Numbered from the stretch's first letter, positions 20,500-31,530 are shown. The stretch is 64,000 bases of DNA from Nostoc sp. (GCA_036918135.1 JBALDB010000007.1:224001-288000), one strand, 5' to 3'. The notes: generated by a model not told the origin, from the letters alone. Made by a program: numbers and translations.

Positions 20500-23400
20500 T
20501 TAAATGTAAAAGGCTTGGCTGTCATCATTCCTAATTGTGGCAATCCCTCGACTATCAGCGATCGCCGCATTCGCCGTACTATAGAGGTTAACAAAAAATG
20601 TCTCGTTGGCTTCTACTTTGTTATCACCTCTGACACCAAAGCTAATAGTTTTCAGGGTTTCGCCAGGATTGAAAACAATTGTTCCCAATCCAGAATTGTA
20701 ATCAGAATCAGAAAGGGCAGTACCATCACTACTGTTGTAATAGACAATAACCTGCTGATAGCTGGGATTGGAGAGAGTTATGGCAAAGTTAGCATTAGTT
20801 ATCATGCCTGTGTTGCCTTCGGTGACTGATACATCTGAAATACTGATACTGGGTATTTGATTAATGTCATCATTGAGGATGGTGGCAATTCCCAGGTTAT
20901 CAGCAATTGTGCCATTTGCAGCACCATAGAGAGTAGTAGCAAACGTCTCGTTAGCTTCAAATTTCCGATCGCCTTTGACTGCAACGCTGATAGTTTTAAG
21001 AGTTTGATCAGGATTGAAAACGATCGTTCCTAGTGCAGAATCGTAATCCAAATCAGAAATTTCGGCTGTGCGATCGCTCGTATTATAATTCACACTCACC
21101 GTTTGATAGCTGGCATTGGAAAGAGTGACGAGGAAATTGGCATTACTTGTTGTACTGATATCACCTTCAATGGTAGAGGCATCAGAAATTGTGATAGTGG
21201 GTTGCTTGTCATCATTGATAATCTCTAGTGCCGCTGAACTATTAGTAATTACAGAACTTTCTGGCGCATCTGTAAGATTAGGGTTACTCAGGGTAACAGT
21301 AATATCATCATTTAGTTCAAATTTTTTGTCGCCTAAAATATCAACTGTAATTGTCTTTGTCTTTTCCCCTACTGCAAATTCTAAAGTCCCAGATAAGTCA
21401 CGATCTATAAATTCACTAATTGGACTAACTTCTCCACTCCTAATAAGAATGTTGTTATAGTCACTGTCAAAAATTGCCGTACCGCTAAAAGCATAATTTA
21501 CAGTACTTGCCACACCAATACCACCGCTTCGGGTGACGGTGAAGGTAGCAACTTTAGTACCACTGTCACCTTCTGTGATGCTTGGAATAGTAGAAATTGC
21601 ATATTGAATTGGATCGTTAGCAGCAATATTTAGAGTAGTTTGAGTTATTGTTCCCGCCTCAGCCCCAGTCAATGTGCCGAAGTTGACTATTACCGTTTCA
21701 GTATTCTCTGGTAAATCATCTGGTTGAATGGTGAAAGTAAGCAGTTGGGTTAAATTTGAACCAGTTGCCCCAGCCGCAAAAGTAAGGGTAGTGGGGGAAA
21801 TAGTATAATCGAGGTTTTGAGTAGCTGTGCTGCTACTGTTGATGACTATGGGAATAGTGGCATCAAATCTGGGAATCCGATTTAAAGTGACGGGGATAGT
21901 TACTGTAATAGCGGTGCTACCTTCTGTGACGTTGTAGGTAGCAGCACCAAAGTTGACTTTCGGAACTACATATTCAAATGCTCCGATGTCAATTCTACCG
22001 TACTCAATCCGATTAAAACCTGTGCCACTTTGGTCAGTAGTTAAGCTACCACTGTAATTGGGATCGCCGGCATTTAAAGCTGGACTGTTAGATTCTAAGG
22101 CATGAGTCTGGGTGGAACCACCGTAATTTCCTAGCGGTTTTAGTCCAGGGTTAGAGTTAACAATATCTGTACCTGTTCCCAGCGTACTAAATAATACGTT
22201 AAGTCCAGTCAAGTTGCCAATTAAATTGTAACCATTACTGTCGAAGTTCAGACCAAATACATCATTGCCTAAATTCAGTAGTCTAGCGCTGTTAGCTGCA
22301 ACGATGGTATTGCTGAGGGTGGCATTAGTACCGAAGATACCGCCGCCGGTATCTGCGGTGTTATTAGCAATAGTGCTATTGTTGACAGTGAGATTGGTAC
22401 TGGAGATACCACCACCAGCTGCGATCGCTGTATTTCCAGAAACGGTACTATTGATGAAAGTGGCATCAGTACTAAAAATACCACCGCCGTTAGCCAGCGC
22501 TGTGTTCCCAGAAATTGTACTATTCCTGACGGTGAGATTGAGACTGAGGATACCACCGCCGTTGGCTAGAGCTTTGTTTCCAGAAATTGTACTGTTGCTA
22601 ACATTCACACTGCTAGTGCTGAAGATACCGCCGCCGCCTACAGCAGCATTTCCGCCAGTTATTTTTAACCCATCAATTGATAGGGGTGCAGTAGCCGTAA
22701 AAACGCGTGAAGTATTATTGCCGCTGATGGTAAGTTTATTAGCTCCAGTTCCTTGAATGATAACTTCCTCAGTCACATTTAATTCCCCAGAGGTGAGGGT
22801 AATGATGTCAGGAGTAGCATCACCGAAGACTCCAGTCGTATCAAAGACAATTGTCTCAATTCCTGGATCGTTATTGGCATCGATAATAGCTTGTCTTAAT
22901 GAGCCAGCACCGCTATCATTTGTGTTGGTTACTACGTAGGTGGTCTTGTCTACTTGGACAAAAACATCATCAATTGCTAAGCCATGATCGTTGCCTGAAT
23001 CATCAACATCTTGCCAACGTAATATAATCTCTTCACCAACAGCTATTGGGGTAGCTAGATTAATTAGGATAGATGTTTTGACACTTTGATTTATAGCTAA
23101 ATTTCCATTCAGAGCAGTTGGCAGCGCAAGTGCAATTGGCCCAGTAAAATCTAGTGATGTGACAGGCGTCCATGTTCCTGCGGTCAAACTTGTAAGAGTT
23201 GACCCGGTTTGATAACTAAAATTCAGTTTTTGTTGAGATGTATTACCACCATTACGCCATTGCTCACCGGTGTAACTTACTCTCAACTGACTAATTGCTG
23301 AATCTGTATTGTTTTTGAGGCGCAATCCATAATAAATAGTTCCTGTAGTCCCAGAAGCTACGGAACCAAGTGCGCGCTCTGTTGATGTTGAACCAAAACT

Positions 23401-24132
23401 ATACAATGCACCTGTATTAGAACTACCGTCTCCAGCGTTATAAGTTGTTCTTGTCGCATACCAGCCCGAAATAGTTGAATCATTAGTCCAAGAAATAGAT
23501 GTTCCGGAATTAGCTAAGGAGTTGAAGTTTTGAGAGTAGGAAGTACCAGTAAAACTAGCTGGGAAAATAGATTTGTAAGCCTGCATTACCTCAGATGTAA
23601 ATGCTAGGGAAGCTTCTATTTCTCCTGTCTTTACCTCTAAATCCCAATCACCATCTAAATCTGCACTTCCTGTTAAATCGCTGGAAGCAGCAACATCTGC
23701 CTCTGTAATTTGGCTCAGAAGTTGCACAAATTTTGTGCCTTCACCGCTAGCTATATCACAGCCATAAAGCAGGATGTCTGCATCATCAGTTAAAGCATTT
23801 GTCCACTTTTTTAACTGATTTGCATAGCTATTCAGGTTGGTGAGGTTGAGGTAAGTTGACCCCAGTTGCAAACTTCCTGCACCACCGTGAGAAACAATGT
23901 GAACTGATTGAACTGAGTTGGATTTACGCCCTGCTAGAAACTCGGTAATTTGCGTTAAACCATCTTCATTGGGGTCAAGGATAACAACTTGATTGCCAAG
24001 TGCAATCCCAGCTACCAGGCTTTGGTAATCGGCAACTGCTGTATCTATAAAAACAATATTTGTACTTGCCTCTTGTAAGTTTACAGCAAAATTATTTTGG
24101 GATTGAGCGCGATTATCTAATTTTTTTATCAT
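20500..24132 (-). CDS. Large surface/secreted protein: DUF4347 + beta-sandwich + GG(G/A)I beta-helix repeats + Calx-beta domains
   Basis: IVFIDTAVADY/HIVSHG/LLYGC (DUF4347), VTNTNDSGAGSLRQAI, repeated GGGI, RIDIGAFE and multiple Calx-beta repeats. Confidence 0.88.
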   Translation of the reverse strand: MIKKLDNRAQSQNNFAVNLQEASTNIVFIDTAVADYQSLVAGIALGNQVVILDPNEDGLTQITEFLAGRKSNSVQSVHIVSHGGAGSLQLGSTYLNLTNLNSYANQLKKWTNALTDDADILLYGCDIASGEGTKFVQLLSQITEADVAASSDLTGSADLDGDWDLEVKTGEIEASLAFTSEVMQAYKSIFPASFTGTSYSQNFNSLANSGTSISWTNDSTISGWYATRTTYNAGDGSSNTGALYSFGSTSTERALGSVASGTTGTIYYGLRLKNNTDSAISQLRVSYTGEQWRNGGNTSQQKLNFSYQTGSTLTSLTAGTWTPVTSLDFTGPIALALPTALNGNLAINQSVKTSILINLATPIAVGEEIILRWQDVDDSGNDHGLAIDDVFVQVDKTTYVVTNTNDSGAGSLRQAIIDANNDPGIETIVFDTTGVFGDATPDIITLTSGELNVTEEVIIQGTGANKLTISGNNTSRVFTATAPLSIDGLKITGGNAAVGGGGIFSTSSVNVSNSTISGNKALANGGGILSLNLTVRNSTISGNTALANGGGIFSTDATFINSTVSGNTAIAAGGGISSTNLTVNNSTIANNTADTGGGIFGTNATLSNTIVAANSARLLNLGNDVFGLNFDSNGYNLIGNLTGLNVLFSTLGTGTDIVNSNPGLKPLGNYGGSTQTHALESNSPALNAGDPNYSGSLTTDQSGTGFNRIEYGRIDIGAFEYVVPKVNFGAATYNVTEGSTAITVTIPVTLNRIPRFDATIPIVINSSSTATQNLDYTISPTTLTFAAGATGSNLTQLLTFTIQPDDLPENTETVIVNFGTLTGAEAGTITQTTLNIAANDPIQYAISTIPSITEGDSGTKVATFTVTRSGGIGVASTVNYAFSGTAIFDSDYNNILIRSGEVSPISEFIDRDLSGTLEFAVGEKTKTITVDILGDKKFELNDDITVTLSNPNLTDAPESSVITNSSAALEIINDDKQPTITISDASTIEGDISTTSNANFLVTLSNASYQTVSVNYNTSDRTAEISDLDYDSALGTIVFNPDQTLKTISVAVKGDRKFEANETFATTLYGAANGTIADNLGIATILNDDINQIPSISISDVSVTEGNTGMITNANFAITLSNPSYQQVIVYYNSSDGTALSDSDYNSGLGTIVFNPGETLKTISFGVRGDNKVEANETFFVNLYSTANAAIADSRGIATIRNDDSQAFYI

Positions 24133-24173
24133 AATTTTGGTTATCTTTTTTTAACTCTTAATTAAAAAATAGT

Positions 24174-24278
24174 TATACCAATTTAATTAATGATTGCAAC
24201 ATATCGTTGGATGGAGACGCGATGAATCACGTCTCTACAAATGGTCTGTTTGTCACATTCTTTTTTCCAATTGGTATT
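24174..24278. mobile_element. MITE-like element with REP hairpin
   Basis: ATACCAATT...AATTGGTAT terminal inverted repeats enclosing GAGACGCGATGAATCACGTCTC. Confidence 0.65.
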
Positions 24279-24566
24279 ATTGCTTTAAAAACTGGAAATT
24301 AGAGCATTATGCGTTCCCAAGTAAAGAGTAAGTAAATGTTGAGCCATTCACTTATATCTCAAATTTAATTGACAATAAAATCTATTCTTAATTAGGATAA
24401 AACCGCAAGATTTTTAATCCTTTTATAACTAAATATGCCTCATAAAAACTCAGCTATGTTTTAGCGATCGCTGTTAAGTCTAATAGCAAGTTATACTCAT
24501 TTAAGCGCAAAAGCAACTGTATTTACACTTAAATGCGCTTCAGCATATAGCCCGATGTGAATGAAT

Positions 24567-25241
24567 TTAATTAATCAACAATTCTGGTGCGACTAATCCT
24601 TTTTGGATGGCTAAGACTGCGGCTTGAGTGCGATCGCGTACTTCTAGTTTCTGCAAAATTGCATGGACATGAACCCGCACTGTACCAGGGGCAATGTAGA
24701 GAATTTCAGCAATTTCTTGATTGCTTTTGCCAGCTGCTACCAGTGCTAAAATTTCTTGTTCGCGCTTTGTTAAGGGATTTTCTACGGGTTCGTCAGTTTT
24801 TGTAGGTAGTACTGCCGGAGAATTACCCTCAAAAGCTGCTCTAATTTCTGTTGTTGCCGTTCGATCCCACCAAGAAGCCCCAGCTGCAACCGATCGCACT
24901 GCTAATATCAGAGAATCGGCGGGAATACCTTTGAGGCAGTAACCTTGTGCGCCAGCAGCAATTAACCGTGAAATCAGGGGTTTTTCGGAACGAGATGTTA
25001 AAACGAGAATTGGTAAAGTCGGATGCTTTTGCTTGATTTGCCGACAAGCCTCAATCCCACCAATTCCTGGCAAACCGATATCCAGCAAAACCAAATCCAG
25101 AGGATAGTGATTAGCTAATTCTACAGCTTGTTCTCCATCTTCTGCCTCTGCAACAATCTCCAAACTAGTTTCTTGTTGCAACCGCATCCGCAGCCCAAGC
25201 CGAAATAATTCATCATCTTCAACGAGTAAGATTTTAGTCAT
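24567..25241 (-). CDS. NarL/LuxR-family response regulator
   Basis: Receiver (VEDD, LLDIGLPG) plus LuxR HTH (LTKREQEIL...GKSNQEIAE). Confidence 0.95.
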   Translation of the reverse strand: MTKILLVEDDELFRLGLRMRLQQETSLEIVAEAEDGEQAVELANHYPLDLVLLDIGLPGIGGIEACRQIKQKHPTLPILVLTSRSEKPLISRLIAAGAQGYCLKGIPADSLILAVRSVAAGASWWDRTATTEIRAAFEGNSPAVLPTKTDEPVENPLTKREQEILALVAAGKSNQEIAEILYIAPGTVRVHVHAILQKLEVRDRTQAAVLAIQKGLVAPELLIN

Positions 25242-25352
25242 TTGTCATTGGTCATTGGTCATTGGTCATTGTCTCCCCATCTACCGATTGGTGAGCGTAC
25301 TCTTACGGAGAAGCAAGGCTGGGCGTAGCGTCTCGTAGAGAAGTCGAACCAC
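25238..25352. repeat. STRR (TCATTGG)n plus short dispersed repeat elements
   Basis: Tandem heptamers followed by tactcttacggagaagcaag and agcgtctcgtagaga motifs. Confidence 0.7.
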
Positions 25353-25359
25353 ATCCCCC

Positions 25360-26457
25360 TCATCTCCCTGGTGGCGGACAGGCAGGAAGTCGGAAACCAA
25401 ACACTGCACCTCGTGGTGAGCGATTTTCTGCCCAAATTGTACCTCCATGAGCTGTAATTATTTGCCTGGTTAAATAAAGCCCTAGTCCCGATCCTAATAG
25501 ATGGCGATCGCTATGTCCTTGATAAAATCTTTCAAATAAGTGGGGTAACTCTTCTTCGTTAAAGCCGGAACCAGTATCGAGTATTTTTACCACTTGCTCG
25601 TTAGAATAACTTTCAAGTACTACTTCCACTTTACCGCCACGGGGAGTATGGTTAATGCCATTACTTAATAGATTGGTGAAAACTCGCCCCAGTTGCAAGG
25701 AATCACCATTTACCCAAACAAAGCTGCGAAAATCTGATTCGCCATAGTGCAGAGATATATAAACCTGACGTGTTTTTGCTAGTTCTGTTAGGGTGGCTAT
25801 TATCTCTTCTGCTACAGTTACTAAGTTAACAGGTGATATCTGTAGTTTCAGCCCTTCGGCATCATTGCGGTAGACATCTAAAAGAGTTTGAACTAATTGC
25901 AGTGTGCTGCGATGACTACGAGCCATTGTTTGCAATACTTTTGATTGCATTGATGTGACTTGACCAAATTGCTCATTTTGAAAATATTGTAGGGTTTCAA
26001 TTGCTCCTAGTAGGGGTGTTTTCAAATCATGAGTGAGGGTAGAAATAAAATCTTCACGCATTGCAGCTAGTTGTTCTTGGGAGCGTAATTGTGCTTGAGT
26101 GTAAGCGATCGCTTCTTTATTGTGGCGGTTGCGTTCGCTTAAAGTCGCAGTTACCACTAGTGCCACGACTGCAATTAATCTGTTTGCCAACGTTGGAGGA
26201 TTAATTATTTCTCCTCCTGGGACAAACAAATTTAATAATGTTAATCCTGTAGCTGCAAGGGTGACACCGAATACTGCTCTTTGATTTAATCGAGAATCTG
26301 CTAACAAAATCGTCCCTGTGTAGAGATAACCAAATACGTACTCAGGCGGTGTCATGTATTCTAATGCTATGACTACAGCAAAGGCGATCGCTATTAGCAA
26401 ATATGTCTCACTACGCTTATTCAGTGCTTGTTTAATCGTCAATAATTGACTTAACAT
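25360..26457 (-). CDS. Membrane sensor histidine kinase, cognate of the NarL regulator
   Basis: N-terminal TM helices, H-box THDLKTPL, NLLSNG, DTGSG and GSGLGL. Confidence 0.93.
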   Translation of the reverse strand: MLSQLLTIKQALNKRSETYLLIAIAFAVVIALEYMTPPEYVFGYLYTGTILLADSRLNQRAVFGVTLAATGLTLLNLFVPGGEIINPPTLANRLIAVVALVVTATLSERNRHNKEAIAYTQAQLRSQEQLAAMREDFISTLTHDLKTPLLGAIETLQYFQNEQFGQVTSMQSKVLQTMARSHRSTLQLVQTLLDVYRNDAEGLKLQISPVNLVTVAEEIIATLTELAKTRQVYISLHYGESDFRSFVWVNGDSLQLGRVFTNLLSNGINHTPRGGKVEVVLESYSNEQVVKILDTGSGFNEEELPHLFERFYQGHSDRHLLGSGLGLYLTRQIITAHGGTIWAENRSPRGAVFGFRLPACPPPGR

Positions 26458-26877
26458 AATTCTTATTCATCAAAAATTATAATAATAAAAATAAACCAGC
26501 AAATTATATAAACTTTTAATATATTTTTTATCTAGTATTTTCAATTACTTTTTAAATTATTTGCTCGCGTTCAACAGAATAAACTCAGTCTTATTAATTT
26601 AAGAATACGTTTTTTCTCCTATCAGATATTACTTTTATATTTTTTCTGAGTTTGAAACTCAATATTTATAAACTAGAATTTACCACTAATTTAGGATATT
26701 TAATAAATTAAATAGTCATAGTTAGTTTTATTATTTTAAATATTTTAACTTCAGAATTATGAATTATAATTCATCATGAAGGTAGTTATATTTCCACGCT
26801 AAAAAACCTGTAAACATAGCTACCTTCTGCTTTCAAGATAACTGTCTTACTTGTGATAAAGACTTGTTCAAGAAGTT

Positions 26878-26991
26878 ATACCATTTTTCTATGAAGCTGC
26901 ACTTAATACTATAGCTAATTAAGCTTACGCAAAGGCGTAACGCGTAAAGTAGCAATATTTTATTTAGTGCATGGTTACAGAGAATTGGTAT
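26878..26991. mobile_element. MITE-like element
   Basis: ATACCATTTTTCTATGAAGCTGCACTTAAT...ATTTAGTGCATGGTTACAGAGAATTGGTAT imperfect TIRs with an internal TTACGC/GCGTAA stem. Confidence 0.6.
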
Positions 26992-27278
26992 TAATCTTCA
27001 GACTCTTCAGAGATAGGCTCAGATTCACTTTCAACTTCTGTTTTAACTTTGGTTGGAGGTTTAACAGGTTTTGGCCCACGCATTAGCGCCGGATTAACAG
27101 GTTGTTTGTTTTCATCTGCAAAGGAGCCTTTTTTTCCTTTACCAGACGAGCGATTACGATTTTGCTTTGAGCTTTTGGGATTGGATTCAACAGGAGGTGT
27201 GGAATCCAAATTTTCCAAATTGTTGTCAGTACTTGGTTGAGACTGACGTTCTGATTTTTTGATTGGGCGTTCTACCAT
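26991..27278 (-). CDS. Small, probably disordered hypothetical protein
   Basis: MVERPIKKSER...VNPALMRGPKP motif. Confidence 0.75.
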   Translation of the reverse strand: MVERPIKKSERQSQPSTDNNLENLDSTPPVESNPKSSKQNRNRSSGKGKKGSFADENKQPVNPALMRGPKPVKPPTKVKTEVESESEPISEESED

Positions 27279-27400
27279 AGTTTATTTTGAAAAATTTACA
27301 GAAATCAACTACTTGAAAAAGCATTCACAACAAATCAGCAATTAATTTACTAAATGTAGTAATGAGTGCGTTATCAATAGCGTAACGTACTCTATTACCA

Positions 27401-28240
27401 CTACTCAACAAAATTAGGTCGTGCCTGTTGCATTGATTTAAACTTTGACTCTAAAACTGGCCAATTTTCCTGCTCAATTAAGTTAGTCAACTCGTCGAGG
27501 TTGTGGCGATACTGATGCAGCGACAACAGCAGTGCTTGGCGATTATACCGTGCCATCGCGACCCCCAACTCTGGATTCCCACCACCCACACGGCTGGTAT
27601 CCCGAAAACCTGAACTAGCCAGCTTTTGGGCTAATTGCAGAACCTCTGAGTCAGTTTCACTCAAACAAGCAGCAATCAACGAAGAACTGACCATCACGGG
27701 TAAATGAGAAATCCAACTCACAGCCCTGTCATGTTGTTCTGGTTGACAATGGTAAATATTCGTCCCCAGCGATCGCACAATTTCTTCGACAATTGTAATT
27801 GCAGTGGTTGGTGTTGTGGTTAAGGGTGTTAGTACATAAGGTTTACCAACAAATAAATGCCGCTGTGCAGCTTCTATCCCACTATCTGCTGTTCCCGCCA
27901 TTGGATGACCACCGATAAAATTATCCCAAAGCGGAGAAATAGCTTTGACTATTTGTACTTTCGCCGAACCGACATCAGTCACAACTGTAGTGGAAGACAA
28001 ATAAGGAATTAATTGTGTAAATTGGGGCACAATAAGTGCTAAAGGCGTACAAATAAATACAACTTCTGCGTCTGCTAACAGGCTCAGCTCGACTGATGCC
28101 CGATCGACACAGCCAAGGGCAACTGCCTTTTTGCAGGTGGATTCACGGCGACTAACTCCCAATATATGATGTCCTTGCGATCGCAAATCGAAACCCAAAG
28201 ATCCGCCAATCAGTCCCAGTCCGAAAATTCCAATATTCAT
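27401..28240 (-). CDS. tyrA: Prephenate/arogenate dehydrogenase
   Basis: GLGLIGGS, TDVGSAK, GGHPMAG, HDRAVSWISHLP and GFRDTSRV. Confidence 0.93.
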   Translation of the reverse strand: MNIGIFGLGLIGGSLGFDLRSQGHHILGVSRRESTCKKAVALGCVDRASVELSLLADAEVVFICTPLALIVPQFTQLIPYLSSTTVVTDVGSAKVQIVKAISPLWDNFIGGHPMAGTADSGIEAAQRHLFVGKPYVLTPLTTTPTTAITIVEEIVRSLGTNIYHCQPEQHDRAVSWISHLPVMVSSSLIAACLSETDSEVLQLAQKLASSGFRDTSRVGGGNPELGVAMARYNRQALLLSLHQYRHNLDELTNLIEQENWPVLESKFKSMQQARPNFVE

Positions 28241-28311
28241 TGTTTAATTTTGACATTTCATTTTTTACGACTTTACAACTATATAAAGTTGGCATCCCAG
28301 AGGTAGCATCA

Positions 28312-29886
28312 ATGAGTGTAGAGGAATTGCTGGAACAATACGCGGTAGGAGTCTTAAACTTTAGTGGAATTGAACTGTCTGAAGCCAATCTGAGCGGGGC
28401 TAAACTCAGTGGCGTGAATCTGAGCAATGCTAATTTAAGTGTAGTTAATTTCAGTGGTGCAAATCTCAGTGAAGCTAACTTGAGCAACGCCAAATTGAAT
28501 GTAGCAAGATTGAGTGGTGTAAATCTATGTAGCGCCATCCTAAACAACGCCAGTCTCAACGTAGCGAATTTAATTCGAGCAGATCTCAGTCGCGCTCAAC
28601 TCAGGGGAGCTTCGCTAATCCGCGCTGAGTTAATTCGTGCTGACCTCAGTCGTGCCGATTTGTTCGAGGCTAACCTCACTAGTGCCGATCTGCGAGAGGG
28701 GACTCTGCGCCAAACGAATCTCCGTAACGCTAACTTGAGTGAAGCTGTGTTGAGAGGCGCTTCTCTGACAGGAGCTAACTTAGAAATGGCTAACTTAAAC
28801 GCTACTGATTTGAGTCGTTCTGATATTACGGGCGCAAATTTGCGAGATGCCGAACTCAGACAGGCAAATCTCAGCCATGCTAACCTCAGCGGTGCCGATT
28901 TGAGTGGGGCGAACCTGCGGTGGGCAGATTTGAGCGGGGCGAACCTCCGGTGGGCAGATTTGAGCGGCGCAAAATTGAGCGGGGCAAATTTAATTGGCGC
29001 AGATTTAAGCAATGCCAATTTAACGAATACCAGTTTAGTACATGCGAATTTAACCCAAGCCAAATTGATTAGAGCAGAATGGATTGGTGCTGACTTAACT
29101 GGTGCGACTCTAACCGGTGCAAAACTTTACGCCACATCCAGATTTGGTTTAAAAACCGAAGGTATGACTTGTGAATGGGTTGACCTTAGCCCCAGTGGCG
29201 ATCGCTCGATTATCCAAAAATTCCATTCCGAAGATTCGCGAGATTTTTTTAACGAAACACCACCAACAATTCGTATTATTGTTGATGCAGCTTTAGAACA
29301 CGAAGCTAACTTTGCCCTTGCTGGCGCTTACTACCAAATTGCTCAGGAATATCGGGGACTAAAACAACCTCCTAGCATGGAAAGTGGGCGTCGTCGGACT
29401 ATTTTTACCTTTCGTGTAGATAGCGACGAAGCATTATTTCCCACTGCTTATATTGCAATTCTTCCCTTTTTAGATGCGGCATCTACCCAAAAAAATATTT
29501 CTCAAATGGTGGAAATGATTAACACTGAAGTTGTTACGAATTCAGATTTAACATTTCTCAAGTCGCCGCATATGCTCAAACAATTAAATATATTTCTAGA
29601 GCAAGTTATCAGTAAAGCTACAATCATCAAAGAAATGAAAAAAAATATCGAAGTAGCTGCTAAGTTAAATTTTTGTAAAGCTCCAACCCAAATAATTTTA
29701 ACAAATTCCAGTGCCCAGACTTTGATTGTGTATGACAATCCTAACTTTGGGAAAAAATTTATTAATCGGTCTTCTATTAATCCTTCAGTTTATGATGATA
29801 TATCCAACGAATCAACCAAATATATATTACCTTCGTTAAATATGGTTATAGATTTTTTCAAAGGGTTTCACTATATTAGTCATTAG
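28312..29886 (+). CDS. Pentapeptide repeat protein with C-terminal globular domain
   Basis: MSVEELLEQY start after GAGG; long A(D/N)L repeat run. Confidence 0.92.
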   Translation: MSVEELLEQYAVGVLNFSGIELSEANLSGAKLSGVNLSNANLSVVNFSGANLSEANLSNAKLNVARLSGVNLCSAILNNASLNVANLIRADLSRAQLRGASLIRAELIRADLSRADLFEANLTSADLREGTLRQTNLRNANLSEAVLRGASLTGANLEMANLNATDLSRSDITGANLRDAELRQANLSHANLSGADLSGANLRWADLSGANLRWADLSGAKLSGANLIGADLSNANLTNTSLVHANLTQAKLIRAEWIGADLTGATLTGAKLYATSRFGLKTEGMTCEWVDLSPSGDRSIIQKFHSEDSRDFFNETPPTIRIIVDAALEHEANFALAGAYYQIAQEYRGLKQPPSMESGRRRTIFTFRVDSDEALFPTAYIAILPFLDAASTQKNISQMVEMINTEVVTNSDLTFLKSPHMLKQLNIFLEQVISKATIIKEMKKNIEVAAKLNFCKAPTQIILTNSSAQTLIVYDNPNFGKKFINRSSINPSVYDDISNESTKYILPSLNMVIDFFKGFHYISH

Positions 29887-29985
29887 TTATTAGGCATAAA
29901 GCATGAAACATGAGATATTAAGGACTGACCAATAACAAATGACTAATGACTAATAACTAATAACCAATGACAAATTGGAGGAAAA

Positions 29986-30579
29986 ATGCGCGATTCATTT
30001 AATAGAATGATTGGTCGGACTCGCTATGTAGTCTTTCGCCTGTTTCTGCACTTAGGAGGAGGTGAGGTAGCACCAATTTTAGGAGTATTAAATAGTGCTG
30101 GTCGGGATGCGATCGATGCCGATGGCGACTTAGAAGTTTTGGGAGAAGGATTGGTAGAAATCTGCGAGACTCTACTGCGATATGATGAATATTGGCTTTC
30201 GGCTTCTAATCAAGGTGACATATTTTGGGACGAAGGTGAAGCAGCAGATTACGTAGATGAATTATTTACTGACTCCGCCCAAAGATATCTTAGTCAACCA
30301 GATTTCAGTTCTGCCTCTGGATTTGATGAACCTTTATCTGCGCCTGTAACTCGCAACGTAATTGTGATGATTACAGTAGCTTATAAAGGAGAAGTACCAG
30401 ACTTGGAAACTGACCTTTCTAACGTTCAGGCGCTCAAGGAAGGTTTGAAAGCCTTAATCAGTTTGCATAACCAAGATAGATTGCAGGAAATTTATGTGCA
30501 TTTCGCACCAGCGCAGTTAGGCGATGAACTCACTAGCGATCAGATGTTGCAACATTACCCAGAATTAATTCCTTTGTAA
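29986..30579 (+). CDS. DUF1517-like protein (copy 1)
   Basis: Acidic cyanobacterial protein ending DELT..Q.L..YPELIPL. Confidence 0.75.
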   Translation: MRDSFNRMIGRTRYVVFRLFLHLGGGEVAPILGVLNSAGRDAIDADGDLEVLGEGLVEICETLLRYDEYWLSASNQGDIFWDEGEAADYVDELFTDSAQRYLSQPDFSSASGFDEPLSAPVTRNVIVMITVAYKGEVPDLETDLSNVQALKEGLKALISLHNQDRLQEIYVHFAPAQLGDELTSDQMLQHYPELIPL

Positions 30580-30648
30580 TTTGTTGGGTAGTTTCTACTT
30601 ACTGCTGAATCGAGAAATTGTTAAGCTCGGAGATAGGACAATAATGCA

Positions 30649-31530
30649 ATGATCATGACGATAGTACGTAAATTTACAGCCGTTTTTTTAGCACTGAGTT
30701 TATGTGTGACAACTGTTGCTTGCGGAGGTGGAGAGCGAGGGAATCCTCCGGCTAAGAACGTTAGCCAAACCTCGACTGCCACCAAATTGAGTGATGGTCA
30801 GTATCAAATCCAACAAGTTACTTATGACGATGCAACTGGGGAGTACAGCCTGTTTTTACTCAACAACACACCCCCAACCTTTGCAACTGAAAATTTGCAA
30901 ATGGCACGGCTAACTGATGACGAAATTAAGCAGGGTAAAAAAACTTATCTGAAGGTAGAAAATGGACAGCCAATTTTATATCTCACAGAAGATTTTAAAA
31001 TTGCCTACGTCCACAACGTTACCGAAAACAGAACCAATCCCGAAACAGGAAGACAAGAAACGGTTGTAGTCCGTCAGGAAAATAGCTTCTGGACACCGTT
31101 TGCTGGGTCTGTGGCTGGTAGCTTGGCGGGTCAAGCGATTGGTAGTCTATTGTTTAGACCTCAGTACTATGTGCCCCCTGTCTATCAACCAGGAGGATTC
31201 CTGACTGGCTACGGTGGATATGGCAGCAACTATAACCAAGCAGTTCAAAGCTATCGAACTCGCTATAACGAACCACCCGCAGCGGTAAGAAATCGTACTG
31301 CTTTCCGCACTACAGGGAATATTAGAAGGTCATATCCTGATAGTTCAATACGTACTACACCGCGTACAAATACTGGTAGCCGTTCAACAGGTTCCGGTTA
31401 TGGCGGCGGCGTCTTAAGACGCTCTGGTAGCTCTACAAGGACTAGAACCAGTCCTAGTAGTGGCAGTTTTGGTAGTGGCCGTAGTTCAGCGCCCCGGCGC
31501 TCGACTGGTTTTGGTAGCAGACGGCGCTAA
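30649..31530 (+). CDS. Lipoprotein with Gly/Ser/Arg-rich C-terminal tail
   Basis: Lipobox TVAC; hydrophobic FAGSVAGSLAGQAIG segment; low-complexity tail. Confidence 0.85.
   Translation: MIMTIVRKFTAVFLALSLCVTTVACGGGERGNPPAKNVSQTSTATKLSDGQYQIQQVTYDDATGEYSLFLLNNTPPTFATENLQMARLTDDEIKQGKKTYLKVENGQPILYLTEDFKIAYVHNVTENRTNPETGRQETVVVRQENSFWTPFAGSVAGSLAGQAIGSLLFRPQYYVPPVYQPGGFLTGYGGYGSNYNQAVQSYRTRYNEPPAAVRNRTAFRTTGNIRRSYPDSSIRTTPRTNTGSRSTGSGYGGGVLRRSGSSTRTRTSPSSGSFGSGRSSAPRRSTGFGSRRR

Noticed and set aside
20515..22939. Antisense and alternate-frame ORFs within the DUF4347 gene
   Set aside because: Shadows of a repetitive coding strand.
28152..29063. Antisense ORFs with periodic LxxAP/RFA pattern
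   Set aside because: Reverse-strand shadow of pentapeptide repeats.
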